Below are positions 37,211 to 49,806 of a stretch of DNA of 56,177 bases, piece after piece. Source of the DNA: Chiloscyllium plagiosum. Taxonomy: Eukaryota. Location: assembly GCF_004010195.1 (NCBI RefSeq), contig NW_025214946.1:1-56177 (forward strand), given 5' to 3'. The position numbers and the translations under genes are program-made. A model generated the notes under the pieces. That model was not told where the DNA came from and ran no database searches. It saw nothing but the letters and a program-made list of their open reading frames with translations. How positions within the stretch are numbered: the first letter of the stretch is position 1; each line of letters begins with the position of its first letter.

Positions 37211-38945
37211 TGGCCTTGATCCTCAGTGCTGATTTATATCCTCCCACTTTGCTGCCTCTGTAACTCCCAGGTGTGAGTTAGCCTCATGCTCCTACTCCAG
37301 GTTACTCCCTCACATGGTCACTCCCTCTGTTATTCGGTGCTGATTTCGATGCACCTGCTCTGCTGCTTCTCCAACTCTCCCAGTCAGCCTCGATTCTCGT
37401 TGCTGATGTATATTCTCCCGCTCTGTGCTGCTTTCTCTCAGGTTCCATCCCATTGTGACTCCCAGGTAATGGTAGGCCTCAAGTCTCAGTGAAGATTTAT
37501 ATCATCCCATTCCGCACTGCTCTCTTACAGGATCGATGTTGTACCTGGAACACAGTGGGAAAGAGGAGGAATAGACAGAGCAGAGGGTGTTACAGTGATT
37601 GAGCGAGCTGTATGGGATAGAACAGGTTATCTGGGGAGCGAGGCAGACCTGCAGCAACTTAAGAAGTTTACTGGAAGACGCAGTGAGAGATTCAGACATT
37701 GAAGAAGGCAAAGGGAATAGAGAGATTGTGGCTTGTTCATGACGGATCTTTGTAGAGTCTTTCCGAGCTGCTTACAGAGATGTATAGAATTCAACAAATG
37801 CAAATTGACATCCAGTAAGTGTTGTCTTGTCCTGGAGAGTTGGATGGAGACTTGGATGTGACAGACTTGGATGTGACAGAGTGAGAAGACTTGCAGTAAC
37901 TGGGGGGAATATAAACCTTTGGGGCACTGGTGGTTTTCAAGGATCCTCAGGACATGAGGAGGTGCAGAGAATGGGAGCATTCCAAATAGTGGGATTGTAG
38001 GGGCTGGAAGTCCTGAGATGGATAAGGAGGAAGAAAATGGCCAAATTTAGTACACGCAAACATTCTAATTATAGAGATTTAGGAAGGGAATCTGTGCTAT
38101 CAGTGATTACAATTATATGGAGAGTAACAGAAACTGAAGGGTTACAAATTTAAAAAAGGAGAGATTTTTGGTGATCAGAAGTTTAAACAAGAATAAAGAA
38201 ATTTTAGTGATCTCTAGCACAGATGGGAATGGAGGAGGTGAGATATTGTGAGGAACTGTCAGATTTATATGGTGGGGAGGATGACAGATATGAAAGGGAG
38301 AGCTGCATTATCTGTATGCAGTTACAGACATGAGGAGTGTTGTAGCGTCTGCTGGAGGGGACACAGATAACAACATTTCAAACAGCTGGTGCAGTGGCTC
38401 AGGAAAGCAGCTCACTACCACCTTCTCAGGAACAACTCCAAATCAACAATAAATGCTGGCTCAGCCAACAAAGCTCATGTTCATGAATGAATGAAGGAAT
38501 AAAAGATCTACAAGTCGCACTGAGGTCACTCTGGAAGGCTCTTTCAACAGCCCTTCTCAATTCCGGAACCAGTATACCCTGGAAGGACAGGAATTCCCGA
38601 TGCACGGGAACACCAGCATTTCCAAGGTGCATGGCAAGCCACGCTCCATCCTCCCAGCACGGTTTCTGCCCCAACACCCAAAGGACTGCAATGGGTCAGG
38701 AAGGCAGCTCACCATCACCTTCTCCAGGGAATTACAGATGGGAAGGTAACGGTGAAACTCTGCTGGTTACAGCCAGACAGAAAAATAAATCCAGCAGTGG
38801 GTGTGAAATGAAATTTCCGTTTCAGAACAACATGCTGAGCATGGAGAGAGGATTTGTCTTATTGGCACAATAAGGGGTCTTTTTCACGATGGGAACTGGT
38901 GATGAGGGGAGCTCCGCAGGGGTCAGTGTTGGGACTACACTCTAC

Positions 38946-40305
38946 ACATAGAGTCATAGAGAGATGTACAGCATGGAAACAGACCCTTCGATCCAACCCA
39001 TCCATGCCGACCAGATATCCCAACCCAATCTAGTCCCACCTGCCAACATCCGTCCCATGTACCTCCAAACCCTTTCTATTCATATACCCATCCAAATGCC
39101 GCTTAAATGTTTCAATTGTACCTGCCTCCACCACATCCTCTGGCAGCTCATTCCATACACGTAACACCCTCTGCGTGAGAAAATTGCCCCTTAGGTCTCT
39201 TTTATATCTTTCCTATCTCACTATAACCTATGTCCTCTACTTATGGATTCCCCGACCCCAGGGAAGAGACTTTGTCTATTTATCATATCCATGCCCCTCA
39301 TAATTTTGTAAACCTCTATAAGGTCACCCCTCAACCTCCGACGCTCCAGGGAAAAGAGCCCCAGCCTGCACAGCCTCTCCCTGTAGCTCAGAACTTCCAA
39401 CCCTGGCAACATCCTTGTAGATCTTTTCTGAACCCTTTCAAGTTTCACAACATCTTTCCGATAGGAAGGAGACCAAAATTGCACGCAATATTCCAACAGT
39501 GGCCAAAGCAATGTCCTGTACAGCCGCAACATGACCTCCCAACTCCTATACTCAATACTCTGACCCATAAAGGAAAGCATACAAAACGCTGCCTTCACTA
39601 TCCTATCTACCTGCGACTCCACTTTCAAGGAGCTATGAACCTGCACTCCAAGGACTCTTTGTTCAGCAACACTCCCTAGGACCTTACCATTAAGTATATG
39701 AATCCTGCTAAGATTTGCTTTCCCAAAATGCAGCATCTCGCATTTATCTGAATTAAACTCCATCTGCCACTTCTAAGTCCATTGGCCCACCTGGTCCAGT
39801 TCCTGTTCGCTGTTCGCTGTCCACTGCACCTCCAATTTTGGTGTCATCTGCAAACTTACTAACTATACCTCTTATGCTCGCATCCAAATCATTTATGTCA
39901 ATGACAAAAACATAGAGGGCGCAGCACCGATCCTGTGGCACTCCACTGGTCACAGGCCTCCGGTCTGAAAAACAACCCTCCACTACCACCTTCTGTCTTC
40001 TACCTTTGAACCAGTTCTGTATCCAAATGGCTCGTTCTCCCTGTTTTCCGTGAGATCTAATCTTGCTAATCAGCCTCCCATGGGAAACCTTGTCGAACGC
40101 CTTACTGAAGTCCATATAGATCACAACTACTGCTCTGCCCTCATCAATCAACTTTGTTAATTCTTCAAAAAACTCAATCAAGTTTGTGAGACATGATTTC
40201 CCACGCACAAAACCATGTTGACTGTCCCGAATCAGTCCTTGCCTTTCCAAATACATGTACATCCTGTCCCTCAGAATTCCCTCCAACAACTTGCCCACCA
40301 CCATT
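38946..40305 (-). mobile_element. Relatively young 5'-truncated CR1
   Basis: ORFs 39753-40319 and 39221-39763: DSQHGFVRGKSCLTNL, DFSKAFD, GVPQ, KFADDT, LEYCVQFWSP. Confidence 0.95.
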
Positions 40306-40319
40306 ACGAGTCTGGACAA

Positions 40320-41860
40320 AGGATGTGAAGGGGTACGAGAAATAAGTTTCCAAGGAAGATCCCAGGGATGAAATTCGTATCATATGAGGAGCAGGTGAAG
40401 TCTCTGCGTCTGCGCTTGATGAAGTTTCAGAGGCAGCGGCAGAATCTCATTCAAACTTACAGATTAACGGGGGGGACGGGGTGCTGGATGGTGTGGACGT
40501 GTGCAAGATGTTTCCACGAGCAGGATAGACTATGGGCCAAGGGCACAGCTTCAGCGTGAAGGGACGACCCTTTAGAATGGAGATGTGGAGGAATGTATTC
40601 AGCCAGATGGTGATGGATCTGTGGAACTCACTGCTTCATGGGGCTGTGGGTCCGAAGTGATTCAATGTGTCTATCTCAGAGATAGCTAGGTTCTTGATCA
40701 GTAAGGAGATCAAGGGTAATAGGGAGTAAGTGAGAGAATAGAGTTGATAAACAATTCAGCCACAATCAAATAGTGGAATAGACCCGATGGACCGAATGGC
40801 CTAAGTCTGCATCTATACATGATGGTCTTATGGACTGCGCTTTTTCCATAGGTTCTTAACTGTGCAGTTAGCATTTTTGGCATGTCGTTTACCGTACATT
40901 CCAGCACCATCCTCATTATTGCTATCACCTCTTGGATCAGATCAACTGCAGCGCTTGATGAAGTTTCAGAGGCAGCGGCAGAATCTCATTCAAACTTACA
41001 GATTAAGGGGGGGGGGTGCTGGATGGTGTGGACGTGGGCAAGTTGTTTCCACGAGCAGGATAGACTAGGGGCCAAGGGCACAGCTTCACCGTGAAGGGAC
41101 GACCCTTTAGAATGGAGATGTGGAGGAATGTATTCAGCCAGAGGGTGATGGATCTGTGGAACTCACTGCTTCATGGGGCTGTGGGTCCGAAGTGATTCAA
41201 TGTGTCGATCTCAGAGATAGCTAGGTTCTTGATAAGTAAGGAGATCAAGGGTAATAGGGAGTAAGTGAGAGAATAGAGTTGATAAACAATTCAGCCACAA
41301 TCAAATAGTGGAATAGACCCGATGGACCGAATGGCCTAAGTCTGCACCTATACATGATGGTCTTATGGACTGCGCTTTTTCCATAGGTTCCTAACTGTGC
41401 AGTTAGCATTTTTGGCATGTCATTTACCGTACATTCCAGCACCTTCCTCATTATTGCTGTCACGTCGTGGAGTCAAATCAACTGCAGAAAGCTACATCAC
41501 AGAGTAACGTGGGAATCCTTGTGTATAAATCTCAGAAAGGCGGCATACAGGGCCAGCAGGTCATAGAAAAGGCAAATGGAATGCTGACATTGATTCCAAA
41601 GGGAATGGAGAATAATAATAGGGAAGGCTTGTAACAACTATACAGAGCTCCAGTCAGCCCACACCGAGAACATTGTAAACAGGTTTGGTCCCCTGTCTGG
41701 AGGGAAAATGTCCTTGCATTGGAGGCAGCCCAGAGAAGGTTCACCAGGCTGTTCTTCAAAATGGTGAGACATTGATGAGAAGAGGTGGAGATGTTTGAAC
41801 TTGCAGTCGTTAAAGTTTAGAAAATGAGGCAAATTTATTGATAAACCGAAGATTCTTGTA
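40320..41860 (+). mobile_element. Old CR1 3' fragments with a ~539-bp tandem duplication (40412-40950, 40951-41487)
   Basis: gcgcttgatgaagtttcagagg at 40412 and 40951; CR1 3' motifs. Confidence 0.85.
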
Positions 41861-41869
41861 TTCTTACAG

Positions 41870-43388
41870 ATTCGGTACTGAGACATTGTTATCCTGACCA
41901 GGTATCTGTAAACGGAGATAAAGGGGAATACAGACACTAGAGAAACTAACAGAGAAAAGATGGGTTGGAGAGACTGGAGGATGTTACACAGTTCGGGTGA
42001 TTGGAGATCACTGTTAGTGGTTTGAGATCAGAAAGGTTGTCGGCCTGAAAGATATCAAGGAGAGATACAGGGTTATCAGTCCTGAGAAAGTTACAGAGAT
42101 CGGGCGGAATATAAGGACTAGAGATTAAACAGATAGGGGTGGTTGTTGGAGATTCAGGAGATATAGAGACTGGGACGTGTGTCGGGACTAGAGATTACAT
42201 AGATATTGGTGGTAGTTGGAGCTACAGAAGGTTTTAGAGAAAGGGAGGGTTTCCCATCAGTTAACAGACATTTGGAGTGCTGTTCTGGAGGAGGTTACAG
42301 AAATCAACAGGGTTGCAGATACTGGAAGATATTACAAAGACAGTGAGCTGTAGTATTTGCGGAGGTTACAGCGACAGGATGCGTTGAGGAGTTTGAGGCT
42401 GCTGCAGGTGTTAAACATGCTGCAAGGGATCAATAACCTTACATTGATCAGGAGGATTGGAAGCTCTGGAGATTAAGAATGAGAATTCAGTAACTGAAGA
42501 ATATCACAGAGATGTGGAATAACATATGATTTAGAGGAGTTATGACATGAGATGAACTGTATTCAATGGAGTCAGGAAAGATGCAGGGAGATCTGAAGGG
42601 ACTACAGGTGATCAAAAGGACAGTGAGGCTTCTCAGTGTAGGATTGGAGCAGTTCATGCAGGCAGGGAGTATTTTATGGAATTGTGCTATTTGCAGAGAT
42701 TAAGAGAGTTGTATAGAATTGAGGAATGTACAGAGATATGGAAAGTATCAGGGGACATATTACTGCTTCTGGTGGACTCATGGCCCCCTATCTAGCTGCC
42801 TCATCTGCCAATCAATACCCCCTTACTTCTAGGTATCCCCCTTCCTCTACAATACCCTTGTTTTTTCTCAATTGGCCACATATTCCGTCGGCTGTAGTTA
42901 ATGAAGACACATGTTTATGTCGGATGCTGAGGTTCTGGAAATTATATGTACCAGAAAGCTGAACAATCTGTCAGAGCTTACAGAGACAGGGACAGCAATA
43001 GAGCCTAGAGACACTAACACAGATAGGGAGCATTGGACACACTGGAGGAGGTTTCTGCTTTAGGGGTAGTTGTAGGGGAATGTAACGTTTGCATCGATAA
43101 GGGTGTAAGAGCTGGAGAAGGGTATGGATATGATTAGATTTGTCGGGAGACTGGAGGAGCTTAAATTGACAGGGTGGATGATAGTGACGGAAGATGTTAC
43201 ATAGATAGCCAGTCTTGTAGAAACTGATCGGGAGAGTGACAAGCATTGGAGTTGGTTCTACAGATCGGGGGTGTTGCAGGGACCTGAGAGGATTACGCAG
43301 ACAGGGAGGATTGTAAGATGTCCACATTTTCAGAGTCTTTTAGGACTGGAAAAGGTTACACAGCTAAGGAGGGATATTGGAGCTGTGG
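41870..43388. repeat. Highly degenerate ~32-bp tandem array (ctggagga.gttacagagat.ggg family)
   Basis: Recurrent gactggaggatgttacacag / ctggaggaggttacagaaat / gatgttacatagatag motifs. Confidence 0.65.
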
Positions 43389-43998
43389 TGAGAGAGAAAC
43401 GTTTCAGGTTGTCAGGTGTATGTTGATTTTCACGAATATAGAGGGCCTTTAAAGAAATAGTTTTAAGCTAAGAAATAACTTTTGAGTATTGTAGCTTGAC
43501 CACAAAAGAAGTAGGAGGGGCATTTCGCAATAGGCTTATAGTTTGTACGTCCGCTTTTTGGACTGTCAAAATAGTAAAGGATGATCTCAGAAGTCAGAAG
43601 GTTAGAAAAGAGGAACTGGATAAAATGACAGAAAGGCTGTAACGAACAAGGACAGCCAAATGAGACAGATTTAAAAGGAAAACAAGTGAGGTAATTAATA
43701 AGTATGATCGACTTAGGCTTGGGTGCAGGGAATTACCAAATGAGGGAATAACGGGCGCAAGTAATAACAAAATAAGGGGATAGAAAGAAATAGGCACTTA
43801 TGATAGGTTTATTGCTTAGTGTAGGGGTGTCGAGAGACCTCTCAGAAAATGGTCTCATAAAAAAACTCTGTATTTTACTGTCGGGTGTGACTCTCCTCAT
43901 AGAGCCACCCATCTTTTAAGATGTTCGAATAAATGTAGTGCTTCGCAACTCTTTGACTCGGCATGAAAATTATTGATTAAGTGGGTTCGTTTCTCACA
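43389..43998 (+). repeat. ERV 5' LTR
   Basis: TG..CA ends, imperfect terminal inverted repeat (tgagagagaaac / gtttctcaca), AATAAA at 43928-43933. Confidence 0.95.
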
Positions 43999-44000
43999 AT

Positions 44001-44018
44001 TGGGGGCTCGTCCGGGAT
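44001..44018 (+). promoter_or_regulatory. Primer binding site, tRNA-Pro
   Basis: TGGGGGCTCGTCCGGGAT, the same 18-mer as the MLV PBS, 2 nt after the LTR CA. Confidence 0.95.
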
Positions 44019-44659
44019 GAACTTCAGCTCCTGAAAAGGCTCCCACAGTCGATAACTGCGCCCCATACCCCGTTTTTCAGCGGTGGATGGCTTGAGGGAT
44101 TGCCTAAATTGAATCCTTTAAGAATCGTTCCGAACCAGTTGGCAGTGATTGTGTGTACCTTGAGTTGGACTCATGGGGACCTTGGGTGGGACCCAAGGGG
44201 GAAGGCACAACCGGAAGACGTCTAATAGCCAGGTAACTCTGTGCACAGACCAAGGTAAAAAAACTGACTTTTAAGTACTACCTTGGTGGCTGGTATCAGG
44301 GACATATTACTGCTTCTGGTGGACTCATGGCCCCCTCCCTATCTTGGTGGCTAGGTCTTGGGTTTTAGTAGTTATGAGGAATTAACGAAAGTAACCTGAG
44401 GGTTCGGGAGTACCAAACTTCTACCTCGACTTGGACTCGAGGTTTGTGGTTCATAGGGGTGGGACCCCTAACTCAATTGCCTTTTCGCGAATTACAAGGA
44501 CACCAGAATCACCTGACAGGGGTCAGTCTAACCCCTAAAACGTGCCCTACCTTGAGTTGGACTCAAGGATTTTCTAGGGAATTATTCTTAAGATTCTGTA
44601 GGGATTGGATCCCTATTGGGAGAGGTGATTGAAGCCACTGGGTGGTGAACGAGGGTGAA

Positions 44660-45130
44660 ATGGGTTGTGCAACAAGTAGTAAAGGAAAATCCTCCGTTCA
44701 GAAGGGAGGCGTTCCTTGCTACATTCCTCCAGAAAGTCCGTTGGGTAAGATGTTGGGAAATTGGAAACAAAATGAACACACACGACAAAAAGCTAGAAAG
44801 AAGATGATTAAGTGTTGTTGTTTTGTATGGGCTAAGGAACCTATTCTTCGTCCTGCCATCTTCTGGCCAGTAGGGGAAGGATTGTTGAAAATACACTTTG
44901 TGACTAAGTCTTGGCCAGATATTCAGAAACAAATATAGAAAATATTGGGATGGAGTGAGAAAACCATTAGATGGATTGCTGAGGGAGGCTCAGAGAGTAC
45001 TTGTAAGGAGAGAGGACGAAAAGCAGAAACAAAAGGCAAAAATAAGGCAAAGAAAACTGAAACACAGGAAATAGATAACCGATGGAATATGTGGCCAATT
45101 GAGAAAAAAATAAGGGTATTGTAGAGGAAG
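44660..45130 (+). pseudogene. gag: ERV gag remnant (MA N-terminus fused to CA C-terminal domain)
   Basis: Myristoylation-type MGCATSS; SPLGKMLGNW..KKMIKCC..W..FWP; then LLKIHFVTKSWPDIQKQI..LLREAQRV. Confidence 0.88.
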
Positions 45131-46395
45131 GGGGATACCTGGAAGTAAGGGGGTATTGATTGGCAGATGAGGCAGCTAGGGAGGGGGCCATGAGTCCACC
45201 AGAAGCAGTAATATGTCCCCTGATACCTTCGCTCCTGATCCTCCGAGTACTCTGTTATTTAATACTAAGGAGGAGGAGGAACTGAAAGATATTAGTGCGG
45301 TTAAAACAGAAGAGGGGTGTTGGCTGCTACCTGATGGAAGGGAGATGCTTAATAAAATGATGACACGCGAAATTATGACCATTTGCATCAGGGACGTCAT
45401 GGGGGGGGGGGGGTAGGGTGCAGGCAATGTGCGATTTAGTCCTGCGAACATATGGGTGCAAAGAAGTATATACCATTGCCAAACAGATATGTAAACGATG
45501 TATAACATATAAAAAGACAAACAAAACGTTTTTGAGGAGACAGGTTCAGGGAGGACGACCACCTTGGCTGCGACCATTTCAGAATATCCAGGTAGATTAT
45601 ACCGAGTTACCCTACGTGGGAAGGTTGAAGTACCTGTTGGTGATCGTTGACCACTTGTCCGGATGAGTTGAAGCATACCCTTGGCTACAGCCACCGCGAC
45701 TGGGTATCCAAGGTGATTCTTGAACAGATAATTCCCAGGTACGGGGTAGTAGAACATATAGACTCAGATCAAGGTATACATTTTACTTCTAAAGTATTAC
45801 AGGAGACAATGAAGAGTTTAGGAATCTCCGGGGAAGTTCACACTCCTTGGCTCCCATCCCCATCAGGCAAGGTTCAGCTGAAAAAGCAACTATATAAATT
45901 AGTACTTGAGACCAAACTCCCGTGGACAAAGTGTCTACCCTTGGCTCTCCTACGGGTGCGAAAAGCACAGAGAAACGACTTGGGATTGTCCCCAATGAAA
46001 TATTGTTCGGCTTACCTTATTTGGGCACAAAAGGGGTGGTTCAAATTAATGAACAGAAGTTAAAGAAGTATATGCTGGCCCTGTCCGGTTCTCTATCTTT
46101 TCTTCAAACTCAGGGACAGCTTGTCCAGACGCCACCCCTTGACTTTGCAGTGCATCCGCTCAGACCGGACGATTGGGTCCGAATCAAATCGTGGTCGGAG
46201 ACGAAACTTCAGCCAGACTGGGAAGGTCCGTATCAAGTCCTACTCATGACAGAGACGGCAATTAGGATGGCCGAAAAGGGCAGAACACATTACACAAGAA
46301 TCTAAGGGCCAGTGAAACCCCCGAATGACAAGGGAATTTGGAGAGCAGAAACAACAACGGAACCGCTGAAACTCAAGTTAAAGAGAACTGTTTAA
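45130..46395 (+). pseudogene. pol: ERV pol remnant (RNase H tail plus integrase; PR and RT deleted)
   Basis: EVRGY*LADEAA; WLLPDGR; HHCC relic; IQVDYTELP, IDSDQGIHF; WEGPYQVLL; the catalytic Glu segment appears deleted (GKV/LKKQL). Confidence 0.93.
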
Positions 46396-46499
46396 CAGAC
46401 CGTTTAATGGACTGATAAATGATTGTTTGTACTGTTGCAACGTGATCGCAGGATAAGTTTCTGTCAAATTCTTGGTTTAGTCTCTCGGCACGCCCTTTT

Positions 46500-49400
46500 A
46501 ACGAATGGAGAGAGTGCATAGTTTAGCCTTTTTGCTCCCCTTCCTTGATTTCATTTTTGGAAGAACATCTTATGTGGTACTAATGGTCCCCGAGAGTACC
46601 AATCCCCATGTCATACAAGCCGATATTTGCAGTTGGTAGATTGTGGGTCTGTGGAAAGTCAGAAGAAATATAGTAACTCAGCAATTCATCTCAAATCCTA
46701 TGGAGGTTACTCAGTACAAAAAGGAAAGAAACTAGACATCAAACCCTCTGGCCCCGTGGCCCCCATGGCAGAGATGGCTACTCTTGGTGATAGGAATACA
46801 TTTTGGAATACATTTCACGGTAAGGGCAAACCTTAGGAAAATCCACTCATCGAAGTACACCGAAGCCCTGTTCGGCCTCCCCCTGATTGTCCAACCAAAG
46901 GTGCAACCTAGTGTATATTACTGTAAAGAATACTTAGTGGAAGGAAGGGATATATGACCGGCGGCGTGGGTGGTGGTGGTGGTGGTGGGGGTGGCTGTGA
47001 GGGGGGCGGGGTTTAACCAGGTCCAGCACAATGAAACATTTGGCATAGAAATGACAATTAGCAGGCAGAATTTGATTTCTCGGGATGTTGTTTTCTCATA
47101 CAGGTGAGAAACGGGACCATAGTGGAAAGTACGAATACCAAGGTTGGGTGCAGGGGGTCACAATTGTAGAGATGAAAGACTTGAAACAGTCTATTGAAAT
47201 AGAAACGGTATACAGGGATACAAATGCCTGGGTTGAATGGGTGAACTAAACTGTGAAAAGTCTGGATAAAGGCATTTGCTACGCATGTGCCTCAGGTAGA
47301 CCGGTGGCTCGCGTGGTTCCCTTTCCACTCGGGTGTAAGCGGGACAGGGCTGGTATGATATGCATGATAGCCCTGTACCAGGATGAGACGGCGTGGGGTG
47401 ACCCAGGCTGTCGGTTTTTGCTGTTGTTGTTCCCTCCCCTGACGGAGGATTTAAAAAGACCCCCTTCATTTTCGGACGGGGTCGGGAATCGTACCTCCTG
47501 TGTGTGAAGGCAGGTGTCGGACTGGTCCCGATTTCTAGGAGACTTAAAGTCCTGCTCGGAAATTGAATCCGTTCCCGAAACAGTGTTGGGAGGAAACTAT
47601 TTAGCTTTAAATATACCCCGAGTGGATTTGTGGTGGTACTGTGGCGGAAAGATTCTAAGACCTACTATGCCCTCTGACTGGCGATGCACTTGTGCAATTG
47701 TGCAATTGGCTATCCCATTCAACCTAGCATTAGAAAAAGGTGACATTCCCCTGGAATGGGGAAAACAAGGTGTGTCTAGTCAGTGTTTGCTACCTCCTTT
47801 GATGATGATATTTATTTGGACAGGATAGGGGTTCCCAGAGGGGTGCCTGATGAATTTAAGACTCATAACCAGATAGACAATAGACAATAGACAATAGGTG
47901 GAAGAGTAGGCCATTGTGCCCTTCGAGCCTGCACCACCATTCAATATGATCATGGCTGATCATCCTTAATCAGTATCATGTTTCTGCCTTATCTCGATAA
48001 CCCTTGATTCCACAATCCTTGAGAGCTCTATCTTACTCTTTCTTAAATGAATCCAGAGACTGGGCCTCCACTGCTCTCTGGGGCAGAGCATTCCACACAG
48101 CCACCACTCTCTGCGTGAAGAAGTTTCTCCTCATCTCTGTCCTAAATGGTCTACCCCGTATTTTTAAGCTGTGTCCTCTGGTTCAGCACTCACTCATCAG
48201 CAGAAACATGTTTCCTTGCCTCCAGAGTGTCCAATCCTTTAATAATCTTATATGTCTCAATTATATCCCCTCTCAGTCTTCTAAACTCAAGGGTATACAA
48301 GCCCAGTCGCTCCAGTCTTTCAGTGTCAGGTAATCCCGCCATTCCAGAAATTGACCACGTGAACCTACGCTGCACTCCCTCAATAGCCAGAATGTCTTTC
48401 CTTAAAAATTTGGAGACCAGAACTGCACAGAACTCCAGGTGTGGTCTCACCAGGGCCCTGTACAGCTGTAGAAGAATCTTTTTGCTTCTATACTCAGTCC
48501 CTCTTGTTATAAAGGCCAGCATGCTATTAGCCTTCTTCACTACTTGCTGTACCTGCACGCTTACCTTCGTTGCCTGGTGTACAAGAACACCCAGATCTTT
48601 TTGTACTGCCCTTTACATAAATTGATTCCATTTAGGTAGTAATCTGCGGTCCTGTTCTTGCCACCAAAATGGATAACCATACATTTATCCACATTAAACT
48701 GCATCTGCCATGCATCTGACCACTCATCTAACTTGCCCAGGTCACCCTGTAATCTCCTAACATCTTCATCACATTTCACCCTGCCACCCAGCTTAGTATC
48801 ATCAGCAAAATTGATAATGTTATTACTAATACCATCTTCTATGTCATTAACATATATTGTAAAAAGCTGCGGTCCCATCACTGATCCCTGCGGTACCCCA
48901 TTGGTCACTGCCTGCCATTCCGAAATGCAGCCGTTTATTACTACCCTTTGTTTCCTATCAGCCAACCAACTTTCAATCCAAGTTAGTACTTTGTCCCCAA
49001 TGTCATGCGCGCTAATTTTGCTCACTAACCTCCTCTGTCGGACTGTATCAAAAGCTTTCTGAAAGTCCAGGTACACTACATCTACTGGATCTCCCTCGTC
49101 CATCTTCACAGTTACATTCTCAAAAATAGCAGCTGGATTTGAATCTCTTTTCTGGAAGGTTACAATTAATAAAAATGTCCAATGGATTAATTACATTTTT
49201 TATAACCAACAAAGATTTCCAAATTGCACCAGAAACGCTGTTAAAGTAATAGCTGAACAGGTAGATGCCACAAGCAGGATGGCCTGGGAAAATAGGATGG
49301 CCTTTGATATGATGTTGCCAGAAATAGGGGGAGTTTGTGTTATGTTAGGGGGACGTTGCTGCACCTTTATTCCGAATAACACGGCCCCAGATGGCTCAAT

Positions 49401-49691
49401 TACTCGAGCCTTCCAAGGATTGACTTGCCTCTCGTGTTAATTGGCTGAATATTCTGGAGTGGACACTTAAAAACGGGGTGGTTGGAGTCTTGATTCGGCA
49501 AATGGAAAGGAGTTGTGGTTTCTATTCTAACCTCCTTGTTAGTGGTGGTTTGGATTCTGGCAGCACTGGGCTGTTGTATTATTCCTTGTATTCAGGGTCT
49601 CGCTCAGAGAATGATCGAGACCGCCTTGACTAAACAGATGCCCCTGAAGGTTATGCAGGGAGAACAGCCTTTACTTGTTAACAACTTATGA
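46500..49691 (+). pseudogene. env: ERV env remnant (gamma-type), split by a CR1; start approximate
   Basis: SU CxxC (CYAC 47277-47288); IGVPRGVPDEFK..QI/AAGFES; ISD-like WENRMAFDMML; CX6CC (CVMLGGRCC 49336-49362); hydrophobic TM. Confidence 0.92.
47877..49125 (-). mobile_element. 5'-truncated CR1 inserted in env
   Basis: YLDFQKAFD, GVPQGSV, FADDT; (acaatag)n tail; ATAG at both junctions (47873-47876 and 49126-49129). Confidence 0.95.
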
Positions 49692-49788
49692 TGTTGAGAA
49701 TACCCCCGATGGCATTTCCAAAGTAGATAAACTTTCAGGACCTGGAGGGCTCAATGTCCCAGAATGACGAAGATCAACATACATTGAC

Positions 49789-49805
49789 AAAAAGAAAAGG
49801 AGGGA
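49789..49805 (+). promoter_or_regulatory. Polypurine tract
   Basis: aaaaagaaaaggaggga immediately before the 3' LTR. Confidence 0.92.
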
Positions 49806-49806
49806 T

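Noticed and set aside
28565..37247. Repetitive ORFs over the 36-, 90- and 69-bp arrays
   Set aside because: Unit lengths divisible by 3 give open frames on both strands; no recognisable domain
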